In this document: piece after piece, positions 14,011 through 26,760 of the stretch | Layout: each line of letters begins with the position of its first letter | Position numbering within the stretch: position 1 is the stretch's first letter | NCBI RefSeq assembly: GCF_009914755.1 | Contig: NC_060938.1 | DNA length: 64,000 nucleotides | Source of the DNA: the human T2T-CHM13v2.0 reference genome, Homo sapiens | Direction: 5' to 3' (one strand) | Program-made: the position numbers and the translations under genes | Notes under the pieces: generated by a model | Told to the model about the DNA's origin: nothing | What the model saw: only the letters and a program-made list of their open reading frames with translations | Database searches by the model: none

Positions 14011-14337
14011 TCCACAGCCCTTATTCTCTCTGCAGCCACTCCTGGTGGGTCACACACCAGACTGGCCACATTTCCCAGCACTGTGGACTGTGGGCTCCCT
14101 CTGAGATTGGGGGCGGGGGCTCAGTCTCCCCTAGGAGGTACTAAGAAGGTGAATTCAGCTCTAGAGAGAGACTCGCCCTCAAAGGCCTCAGCAGGCCTCA
14201 GGATGGACACACACCACAAATCCAGGAAGAATCAGAAAGTTCAGGGAAGAAAAATAATCACAAGTGCCCTCACCATAAACACAGAGCTTGGGAGGCTGGG
14301 AGGGGCCTGTTCTGTGCTGATAGTTCTCCCTGGACTG

Positions 14338-14961
14338 CACACAGACACATACACATATACACTCAACATGCACATATGCACATACATGCTCACACACAAA
14401 AACACTCATACACACACACACGCATACATACACATATGTGCACAGATACCATATACACTCAGACATATACATATGTACTCACATGCACAAATATCCACAT
14501 GTGTACACACATCTGCACACACGTGTGTGCATACACACAAATACGCGTGTATGTACAAATACATATGCACATATGCTCTCACATCTACACATATACACAT
14601 GCATGCACATATATACACTTAGTCATGTACACACATGCACACCCCCACATTCACACACTGACATGCAAATACACATACACATATGTGCACACACAAATAC
14701 GTATGTATATGCACACATATATACAAATATGTATATATACCCTCACATGTATACACATGCATGCTCACATATACACTCAGACATGTACACATATGCACAT
14801 CCACACATACACATATGCTGACATATGCAAATACTCACATACAAACACACTCACAAATACATACACTTACATATACACGTGTACACGCATGCACATATAT
14901 GCACATATACACTCTCACGAGTACAAATATACACACACATACAGACACACACACACATACA

Positions 14962-14996
<35 letters not shown>
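14338..14996. repeat. ~660-bp (CA/CATA)-rich degenerate microsatellite ending in a pure (CA)n run
   Basis: Alternating purine-pyrimidine cacatatacac array, pure (CA)n at ~14964-14996. Confidence 0.95.
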
Positions 14997-14998
<2 letters not shown>

Positions 14999-15572
14999 CC
15001 TTTTATTACGGGTCTGTGCCAGGCCCAAGGACCCTGGCAGAGGCAATGGGAAAAACCAGGGAGAAAATTACATGAGGCAATGTTTGGCTCCAAATGAAAA
15101 AGCCGTGGAATGTTTTCCCTCAAGTCTTGGTTATTTCTTGCAGGTCCGCTCAGACCCTGTCAGGTCCACCTTATCCAGGGGGAACCCCCACCCCCTGGCC
15201 TCTGAGCTGAACCAGCTGCTGTTCTCTCAATGCTACTGGCTTCCAGACTGGGGGTAGCCAGGACACCCCAGGCTCCAGCACCTACAGAAGCCACGGTAGG
15301 CTGGTGGAACACCTCTCCTCAAATGCATGCTCAGACAAATGGTGCTCAGAACTGGGCTCCTTAACCTCTGACCCCGCCGCCTGCCACCACCCCGTCCCCA
15401 CAGGCTTCAGGTGTGCTCTGACTTGGTGACATCATCACATGCCAGTGGGCTCCGAACTCCACTCCCTGAAAACATGCACCATGTCTTAAAAGATGCAAAC
15501 TAAAAATATTCCTGGCTTCTCAGAGCCAGTTTACAAAAATAATTATATTTTCTTTTAAAATCTGGATTATAG

Positions 15573-15959
<387 letters not shown>

Positions 15960-16334
15960 ACAGATTTTTTTAAGCCATCTCCCCGCCCTATCGTTAATAG
16001 TTGTGTTCTGACTCAGCATGGGGGCAGAGCTGGGGGCCACATGTGACCACACTGCCTTCCATAAACACAGAAGTCTGAGTGCTAGCCGAAGGGCCAGGCA
16101 TTTCAGAATCACCACATTCCTGAGAAAAAAAGGAACATGTGTCCATCTTGTCAAAAGCCAGCTCCAGCTTCAATGCAGGAGACATTTGGGGAATCCCCTG
16201 TAAGTGCCTGAACCTGTCCCAGACCTCAGTTCACCGAGACCAGCTGGGTTTCCTGCCCTGGAAGGGCCTAGAATCCAGCAAGAGGCATGCAGAGAAGATT
16301 GGATGGAGCCACCTGAAATAAGCTGTCCACAGCT

Positions 16335-16994
<660 letters not shown>

Positions 16995-17679
16995 TAGAGA
17001 GAAAGCACAACCACTAATAAGAATCATCGCAATTACCATCCCGATATACAAAGGACCCAAGGCCACTCCCTTGAGATTCCCTGTCCCCAGTCCCTCCCCG
17101 CCCAGCCAAGGAAGCAAAACCAGTGTGATGATTCCCATCAGGCAGGGAGACCCCACAAGGCTCAGAGAGGGCCAAAGCGTGCACAGGACACCGAGTGAGC
17201 TCTATCTCGCTCCTAGGGATTCTGATTCCAAATACGGGGCTCCTTCTGCTAAGTCACACTCAAATCAACACCCTGAAGACACAACAGAAAGAACAATGAA
17301 AATTGTCCATTTGTAGAATTTTCTTCCCCAAGCTATCAAGGTAGCTAAATGTTTAGCTTTGTTATAAAAAATAAAGATAAAAAATAAAAATTAAAAAAAA
17401 AAAAGCTGTCCTGGGAGACAGAACTGAGAACTGCCATGGGCAACCATTTCCAAGACAAAGGGGATTCAAGACCCTCAACTAAAATATACTGAAGGTGGTA
17501 GCCCCCGGCAGTCCAGTGGTGACTATAGGGCCACACCTAGGCTGGCTGAGGCTGGATTCAAACCGCCCTCAGGTTTATTACCCACCTAACTTGGACCAGT
17601 TGTTGCCACATCCCTGAGAGGCAGGTTCCTTGGCTATCAACTCCAACAGTCCAAAAAACACTAAAATTACCCAACAGTC

Positions 17680-18339
17680 AGATAAGGATGCGGAGAAATG
17701 AGAACCTCTGTGCACTGTTGGTGAGAATGTAAAACAGCGTAGCCACTATAGAAAACGGTTTGGCAATTCCTCAAGAAGTTAAATATAGGATTACCCTTTG
17801 ACGCAGAAACTCCACTTCCGCAGAAACTCCAAAAGAACTGAAAGCAAGGATTCAAGTAGATTATTGTCCACCCACGTTCTTAGCTGTGCCATTCACAATA
17901 GCCAAAAGCAGCCCAACTGTCCATCAATGGATGGGTGGATAAGCAAAATGTGGTCTATCCATATGATAGAATATTATTCAGCCTCAAGAAGGAAGGAGAT
18001 TGTAACACGTGCTACAACATGGATGGACCTCGAAGACACTATACTAAGTGAAATGAGCTAGGTACAAAAGGACAAGCACTGTATGATTCCACTTACCTAA
18101 GGAACCTAGAGTAGTCACATTCAGAGAGACAGAACGGAGAATGGGGGGCTGGGGAGAGGGGAAATGGGAAGTTAGTGTTTAATGGTGCCAGAGCTCTGTT
18201 TGGGATGATGGTAAAGCTCTGGAGATGGACGGTGGTGATGGCTGCATAACAATTGCAATGTACTTATTGCCACCGAACTGTGCACTTAAAAATTGTTAAA
18301 ATGGTAAATCTAATGTTTATCTTACCACAATTAAAAAAA
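17680..18339 (+). mobile_element. L1MB-like LINE 3' fragment (ORF2 C-terminus plus 3'UTR)
   Basis: ORF 17798..18061 contains PNCPSMDGWISKMWSIHMIEYYSA...TWMDLEDTILSE, typical of the L1 ORF2 end, followed by an L1M 3'UTR and A-tail. Confidence 0.88.
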
Positions 18340-18409
18340 CTCACAATCGAAGCATTGTGAGAATCACTGGAGATACACAGAAAGCCCACAGCACACAGTG
18401 GACCCTTGA

Positions 18410-18734
<325 letters not shown>

Positions 18735-19371
18735 TGATCAAAGGTATTTTTTAAGATTAAAATGTTAATAACTGAGTTGGCTAATAAAACCCAAGGAAAT
18801 TCATGCAAAAGAACTTGAGTCAGAACTGGTTAAATACAACACCAAGAGCAGACTCACGCACCCAGTGGGCCTTGCCCCACTAGCTATTCCTCACTTCTTA
18901 ACAAAGGCAATCATTTAAAATGTCCAGTTTTATGAAAAGATTCCAGCGGCCCCCGTTTCTGCAGGTACTGACTCCATTTTTGCATTCACCTCCCTGGAGA
19001 AGTCCTGAGCGCCATGATCCCTTCCTTGAGAATCATACAATACTGGCGTTCTAATTACCCGGGGCTCAGGCTGGCCCAGTGGCAGCTCTGTGATTCACAA
19101 GCTCACTCCTCTCCCTTGGCTGTTCCTACTCACACCTGCCAGGTACAAGGCCAGGCGGGAGGGGCAGGCCAGGACCAGACGCAAGGACAGGAGCAGGATG
19201 CCCACGTGGGCCCCAGGCTCGAGGAGGCTTGGATTCAAATCCCACCTGTGCCGTCCACCAGACGCGCAAGGAAAGCAATTTCGCATCTGCGAAAACCAGG
19301 AGCGGTCCTGTCACCTCTCACCTGTGAACTACAAGAGAAGCTGCCTGGAAAGCCCAAATTCAGAGCTGGGA

Positions 19372-19545
19372 GAGAAGGCCCCACCTGGGCACCCCATCGC
19401 AGTGAGTTCCTCTAGGGCAAGGACCCTGTCACGCCCATTTCTGGACCCTAGGGTCTAGCCCAGGGTCTGGCACATGTATGACCAGCGTATGAAGGAAGAC
19501 CTCGGGGATCCTCCCGGGAACCATATCTGAGTTTGATCTGGTTTC
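19372..19545 (+). repeat. Copy 1 of a ~175-bp dispersed direct repeat (contains an L2-like 3' segment)
   Basis: Shares gtgagttcctctagggcaaggaccc, agcccagggtctggcaca, atgaaggaagacct and accatatc.gagtttgat with 21555-21729. Confidence 0.85.
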
Positions 19546-20400
19546 CCTGGCATAATGCTGGGCCCCACAGAGGGACCCCTGCCCACCGAGGGTTCCGTCC
19601 CACTGCTTTTTGGGTAAAAGTGGCCAGCCTTGATTATGTTTGAATAAACTATATCTCATGGTTTAGACTATTTGGGTTTAATTGTAAAATATACACAGAA
19701 CACAGCCCCTCCACCCCGACCCTGCCCTCAGGTTCGAAAAGTCAAGTACATTTTGTTCCCCTCTCCCCGCACCATAAAAACAACAAAGAACACCTCAAGC
19801 TTTTTTAAGGGCTATTATTTCTTTCGCTCCCCAGTGGGGGAAAAAAATGGATTCCACTGTCCTGTGTACAAAAACAAGGAGGATGCTCATACAAGAATGT
19901 GGCTAGCAGCATTTTCTGTGTTTCCTCTTTCTCTCACAGGTGTAGACACTGCCTTTTCTGAGTCTTCATCATCCCCCAGCATCTCCTGGGCACCTGCTGG
20001 GACTCATCCCCGCCCCAGCCACTGGAGAGACAGAGATGAGCCTGGTCGAGGAAATCGACTTGGTTAAGGCTGGCGTGGGACCACATGCCAAGTCCCTGAC
20101 TCCCAGTCAGAACCCCAAAACCCAATTTGAGGTGATCCAATGAGAAAATCTCGCTCATGCTCTAGCCCTCTTCTTCAAGGTCAAAACTGCCTTCTGGTGG
20201 ACTGAGGATCGGTGACTTTGTTTCCCTCTATGTCCAGCCAGGGCTGGAGGAAGCTTGTTGTCAGCAGGCCCCTTCCCAGAAGACACCACATCCACACCTG
20301 TCACTGCCCACAGTGACTGGACCCTCAGCCTCAAGTTCCCCGGTGGTAAAACCCCTGTAGATCTCCCAACCCTCCAGGCTCCTGTAAGCCCAGCCCTTTA

Positions 20401-20946
20401 ATTTCTTTATTTCCCTTTCTTTCTTTCTTTCTTTCTTTCCTTCTTTCCTTCCTTTCTTTCCTTTCTTTCTTTCTCTTTCTCTCTTTCTGTCTGCTACAAG
20501 TAAACTTTATTTGATGTAATGTAATACAACATTTTCAAGTTTCACAATGAGCGTTTGACATAAATAATCATTTAAATTAGGAATATAAGTATGCACGGTC
20601 ACTTGAGCAAATTTGCAGTTCAGGGGTTGGTACGAGCTTTGTCTGAAAGCTTTTTTCTCCTTTAGGAAAAAGTAGCCCTTCCCTTCACCTGGTAAGAAGC
20701 ACTATCAATGGGAGTTAGAAGAAGTCCATAATCCACCTTGGAATTCCAGCTGATCTGTGAGAGGACAGCTTTCTGTATTCTAGAAAAATAATATTCTCTT
20801 TCAGTTCATTCATTTTTCCCCATGGAAGATATTGGCACTCTCTTCATCTACTGTCTTTCTGTCTCCTTAGCTGCTGCTTATTACATAGAACCATTTTTTA
20901 AAAATATAATATCTGCAAAGAGACCTCTTCTGTTCCCTTACCTCCC
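20401..20946 (-). pseudogene. Probable retroposed mRNA 3'UTR fragment, parent gene not identified
   Basis: AT-rich block in GC-rich context. Minus-strand AATAAA at 20506-20511 lies ~18 nt before an A-rich (GAAA)n tail at ~20401-20488. Possible degenerate TSD (taatttctttattt / taatgtctattattt). Confidence 0.55.
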
Positions 20947-21554
20947 CTAATGTCTATTATTTTGTGGAGAGGGTAGGGTGGTGGGAGCCAGGGGCCAGAA
21001 TTGCTTAGACACACATTTGATCTCAGGTACAGAGAACACAAATTCTCTGGAAGGAACCCCATGGGGGTCGGGAGCATTTTCCAAGAGTGGTCCAGGTGAC
21101 CTTCAATTCACACAATTCTGTTTAATACGGCGCTGCTCCATGAGGATGAGCATATGTATGCCCCATTTCCAGAAACAGCACCACCTTTCATGGAAAACCC
21201 ATTACTCTCTCGCTTCTTCCACATAACATGCGGTTATGGACCAGCCATGGGCCCAATGCACCACTGGATAAAATGAGAGTCAAAAACACGCCAATAATCA
21301 CGTGGATTCCAATGCAGTCAGGCACCACTTGTGCTTCATTCAGGTAAAAATCCTCACAGAAGGTACCCCCCACCTCTCAGCAATGCGACCACAAGGACAA
21401 GCTGTCCTCAGGTGGGACACCTCTCCATCCTGAGATCTGCTCTTGAGCTGCACCATGGCAATAAGTGAGGGAGCACCCGAGCAGCAGCCAATTGATTCAT
21501 TTTTTTCAAACAGAGAAAGGCGCCATGGGGACATGCATTTCACATCCACTGAGT

Positions 21555-21729
21555 GAGAAGGCCCTCCATGGGCACCCCCACCACGGTGAGTTCCTCTAGG
21601 GCAAGGACCCCGTCATGCCCATTTCCGGATCCCTCAGTCCAGCCCAGGGTCTGGCACAAGGATGACCAGTGCATGAAGGAAGACCTTCAGGACCCTCCCA
21701 GGTACCATATCAGAGTTTGATTTGGTTTT
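21555..21729 (+). repeat. Copy 2 of the ~175-bp dispersed direct repeat
   Basis: Colinear with 19372-19545 at an offset of ~2183 bp. Confidence 0.85.
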
Positions 21730-24700
21730 CTACCAGCAGCTCCTTCTCTGTTGTCCACTACAGCCCAGTGGGAAGCCAGACGGGAGAGCTCCAAGTACAG
21801 CTGGGAGGCTGGCCAGACCTGAGTCTGAATCTCTGTTTTGAGACTCTCTGTCCAAGTTCTGCTATTTGTGTGCTGTGTGACCCCTGGTGGGTTGTGTGGC
21901 CTCTCTGAGCCCCAATATCCTCATAAGCAAAAGGGTGGGGGAGTGCCTCTTCTTGGGAGCGTTACAACGATGAGATGTCATGCCTAGGACTGAGCCGGCC
22001 CTTTAGCAAACAGTGGCAAGCCCCAGGAACACTGATGATGTTGGCCCTTCCTCTGCCTTCATTCACACTAAGAAACTCTCCCAGGCAAGTGGCTTTCCAA
22101 GAGCTAAGTTGTCACTGGGGTGCCGATTACCCAAGGCCAGAGTCTCAAAAGGCTTTCCGGCATCTCAGCTTTCTCCCTCCTTCCCTTCCCACCGGCCTTT
22201 TCCCTCTGATTCCCCCAGGTGCTGGTCATGGGCTGTGGCCACGCCCAGATGGTAGCTGTTCATGGGACCTGCCAGTAGAGGGATGGTAAGCAAGTACTTC
22301 AGTGTCCCCATTTTACAGGTGGGGACACTGAAGATTGGAGAGAGGAAGTAAGTGGCTAGCCTGGGATCACATACTCACTCCCATTCACTGCAAGGGAAGG
22401 ACCGAGGATGGCCCCATCTCTAGAGCTTCCCACAATGCCTGCAGTCTAACACGGGTCCACAATGACATTTAACTTCAAACACACATCCATGCCACAGAGC
22501 CCCACAGGGACAGGGCAGCCAGCTGTCAAAGCACAACCCCAGAGTCTCAAACCCAGGATGTGTCTGGTGGGCTCCCACTGCAGATAGCAGAGCTGAAGTC
22601 CAAGGCACCCAACGTGGGGCTCCTCAACATCAGAGCTCTACCTGCTACCAATCTCATTGCAGGGTTCACACCAAGCCTCATGGTCAGGCAGAAATCAATC
22701 TTTAAGTGGCTTCCACTGGGCGACGAACTTCCTTTTCTGGTTTTCAATAAAAACTCAAGAGAGGTAGTATGGCCTAGTGGGCAGACCCAGGTATGAGTCA
22801 GCTCTGCCACCCATGTGTCATGGCTTCATCCCCACTCTCTGCCTTGGTTTCCCCATTTATATAATGAAGAGGTTGGAGGAGATGATCTCTTGGGATCCCT
22901 GGTCTTAGATTGTTATAGACTGACTTGACCTCAGGTCACCCGAGAAGAACCCATTTCTGGGCCAGTCCGCTCCACACAGAGGGCAATGCAAGCCTCCTCT
23001 GCCACTTTCCGAGTCCCTTTAAAGGAGAACGGGGCTGCCTTGCTCTGAGGTCTCTGATGTCCTTGGCCAGTGCTGCTTCTTCACATCCACTAACTGCTTG
23101 AAAGCGCTGCATCCAGCACTGCATTAAAAATTAATTACACATGCTATCTTATTGCCAGTGCATAATGTAATGAGCACCAGCTGTGCTAAACAGCCAAACT
23201 CCTTTTTAAGACAGCTATTAAAAAAAAAGGGAAAAAAAGAAAGAAAGAAAGAAACTGCACTTCCAAATGCCTCTCCTGTCAGAGCAGAAAAACAGCAACA
23301 TCTTGTATGGATTTGAACAGAATTCTTTGATTTAGCTCTGCCTTCAGAACGTCTGAAGGGCCAACTCAGAGAGTGAAATGGAATCTGGCGAGGCTGCAGC
23401 GATCTCCACTCAGGGATTTGCTGGGGCCTCTTTTATCTAAGGACAGTCATGCTGGTAGGTGCCCCAACTGGGGGGCTTCCCCCAACTGGGGGGCTTGCAG
23501 CTCTCCATGGCTTCTCCTGGCACTTCCTCCGGTCACAGAAAGAGGCGTCTGGGTTCTCAAGGCAGTCGGGCATGGACAGCCTCTGCAGCAGCGTGACCTC
23601 AAGAAGCAGGCAGGTGCTAGGGTGGAATCAACAGCGCTTGCACGCCAGGAAGAGCAACAGCACTGTGAAGGCTGGGTTGCAGATGCTGGGACCACCGGCC
23701 CTTGGGCGATGTAGACATTGCAAGGCATACAGATGACTCTCTAAATTTTTAATAACTCCCCTGAAAGCCCTTTTCCTACATGGAGCCAGCCCCCATCAAC
23801 ACTAGGACCTGTCTGGTTAGCCCAGAAGGATCCTAACAACAAACGTTACTTTGCAAAGGGAATCCCATGAGCATGTTTTCCAACCTTCCCACGACGGAGC
23901 TCTGCTGTCCACACACGCTCACTCACACGGTTCTTTTTTTGTCTTCACCCCCATACTCACCCCTCCCTCCAGTCTCAGTGGCCGATCTAACACCCTCCTG
24001 GAGTGTCTCTGGCACCCCCTGCACCAGAATCAAGGCGACGCATCAGCAGGGGCCTGGTGAGGCTACCATCTCTGTCCGTATCACCGTTTGGCTTCCCATG
24101 GATCCTCCGGTGTTAATCGAACCCAGTCCAGAATGAAACTACAGCTTGCTTCTTGTTTGGTATGAAATGTGCAAAGCACAGACCATATCATTAACACAAA
24201 ACTTCCAGAAATAAGGCCACTTTCCAGGCAGACTGCATTAATTGCATCAGGCTTCCACAGCTAGCGTGGTCTAATCCACGGCGCCCCATTGGACGGCTCT
24301 GGTTATAAAACCAACACAAAATGAACACTGGGATATAATTGAAGGAGGAGAAAAGGATAGATTCTATGGTTAAACCCTACTATTTACTTACAGGTATTCT
24401 TTTATCTTTATTGTCCCTTTAACCCATGCCAAGAAACCCCAGACTAGTTAAATAACACAGCAAGCACAATTTCAGTAGAAAAGTAAATTGAATTTAACTT
24501 TACAAGATTGCCCTGTGATTTCAGCATATACTAATGACTGCAACTGACTCCCTCTATTAAAGCCAAACACTTCCACTTCCCTGAGCTGGGATCCTGTGTG
24601 TTCTTGTGTGAGACCTTGAACTTCACCAAGTACACATATTAATCACTGTGGCTGATGACCATTTGCAGCTTTTAAATATGCAATGAAGTGTCTCAGTTCC

Positions 24701-24864
24701 TATTCCACCTCCCAAAGCTGGTACATGATCTGAGCCAGCCAAAAGGCTAAATACTTTTAAGAATGGAAAGCGAAGATCCAGCTTGAAGTGAGACCTGACA
24801 GAGTCTCAATGTCGTGAATCCCATTCCGCTCGTGCATGGACTCTAACTTCGACAGGGCTCACTC

Positions 24865-24998
24865 AGCACATGGTGTTGTTCTCAGCACCTGGCCCGTATG
24901 ATCTCACACGATCCCCAGAACGACCCTTCAGAGCCTGTCCTATCCTTAGCTCCATTTTATAGATGGGGAAACTGAGGGATGGAGAGGGGAAATGACTA
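24865..24998 (-). mobile_element. MIR fragment
   Basis: MIR core ccattttatagatggggaaactgagg. Confidence 0.7.
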
Positions 24999-26379
24999 CA
25001 TGGGGCAGAACAGCCTTCACCCCCAAGCAGTCTCATACACTTGACCACCGCTTTCCAATCATGGAAGCCTCAGAACAGGGAAGGATTCTGGCATGCGGGG
25101 CACAAAGCCCAGGAGTGTCCAAACCATTCTCTGAATGTCCCACGCCCTGCCCTGGAAACCTAGCTAGCCCCATGCTCACTCCACCCACAGCAGCTCCACA
25201 CTGACCTGTCTCAGAAAATAACACGAGCCTCGTTTTCAAATGTTGCATACATACACATATACATACATACGTGTATTTTTACAGAAGGGGAAACTGAGGC
25301 AATGACTTCTTTAGGGCCCCTGGCCAGCTGAAGCACAGACCAGGAACACAGTCTGAGGCTCTTGACCCCACAGCCACTGTGCCAAATCCTCTATGTGAAA
25401 TTTCTCAGGGAAGAAATTTCAGTTCCCAGGAACGCCTAGACTCAAAGCCCCACCTTCCTTCAGCAGAGTCAAAAAGAGTCAGGACCCCCGAGTCCCTTCT
25501 CCCCACTGCGACCATTGGAAAGAGGTCTAGGGTTGGGGTCCCGGGAGGCAGGGCCCCCTGGGATGCTGCCAGCCCAGGGTGTGCACAAACACACATACCT
25601 GTGTGGTTTTCTCCCCCCGTAAAATCACATCCTTCTATAAATAACTGCAGATGCGGTAACAGGCACGCAATTAACCTGTGTGAAACACGTTTACACTGGG
25701 GTTCTCCATGTTAACTTGAAGAGATGGGTTCAATGCATCCTGATCCGAAAAGGGACAAAACCAGGTAAGGACAGCAGGCCCATTCCATCTTTACAAAGGC
25801 CTGCTTCTTCCTAACGGGTTACTGGGAACTTAATGACTCCATTCCAACTACTAATTAAACAGGCACTAAAAACACTTAAGCAAACAGCCCAGTGCCAGGG
25901 ACACAAATCACAAAGGGACAAAAAACACCAGAATAGGATAGTTTCAGGTATTCAAATTGATCGGGAAACATGGTGGTGCAAGCTGGTGAGGGCCAATGAA
26001 CTGGGACCGAATGAAAAAAGAGAACTGTACCAGACATGGTGGCAGAGGGCAGGAGGTAAGAGCAGGCCCCTTAGAAGGGTCTCCTGGAGCAGTCCTAGGG
26101 GCTCAGCCTCCTGCAGTCCCAGCCCCAGGAACAGGACACTGCCCTTCCTCACGTCCCTCCCAGAGCACTGCAATCAAGCACTGGTTGCTCACAGGCTCTG
26201 AGTCCTGGCAGCTCTCAAGGCCTAAAATCTAAAAAGGCCTTTAATGCCAGAAGAAGAGCCAAAGCCAAAGATGTGGCAGGTGCTGGATGGAGAGCCTGGG
26301 ATCAAATCCCACCTCCACCACTCCCTCCCTCCCTGCTCCTCCTTCCCCTTCTGCAGGTCCCCACTCCCTGTCCTCCCCA

Positions 26380-26493
26380 CCACCAGACTGCAAGCTGCAC
26401 GAGGGCAGGGACCTGCCTGCCGACTCTTCCTGTGTGTGCACAGTGCTACAAGCTAGGTGCCTTCCAAATGGCTTCAAGCTAAAGAATGAATAA
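26380..26493 (+). mobile_element. L2 3' end fragment
   Basis: agactgcaagctgcacgagggcagggacc...gaatgaataaatg, running into the (TGGA)n tract. Confidence 0.6.
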
Positions 26494-26760
26494 ATGGATG
26501 GATGGATGGATGGATGAACGGATGGGTGGATGGATGGATGCATGGATGGATGCATGGATGGATGGATGGCTACATGGATGAATGGATGGATGGATGGATG
26601 GATGGATGGATGGATGGATGGATGGATGCATGGATGGATGGATGGATGGATGGATGGATGGATGGATGGATAGATGGATGGATGGATGGATACAGGGATG
26701 AATGGATGGATGGATGGATGGATGGATGGATGGATGGATGGATGGACGGACGGATAGACG
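26494..26760. repeat. (TGGA)n tetranucleotide repeat, ~265 bp
   Basis: Near-perfect atggatggatgg array with a few interruptions. Confidence 0.97.

Noticed and set aside
14376-15257. 293-aa His/Thr/Tyr-rich ORF and overlapping ORFs
   Set aside because: Translation of the (CA/CATA)n microsatellite, with no domain content or splice support.
19372-21729. LTR retroelement interpretation of the direct repeats
   Set aside because: No TG...CA termini, primer-binding site, polypurine tract or internal coding remnants seen.
23462-23496. 18-bp duplication ccccaactggggggctt (a similar 18-bp duplication lies at 29624-29659)
   Set aside because: Ordinary short slippage duplications with no supporting context.
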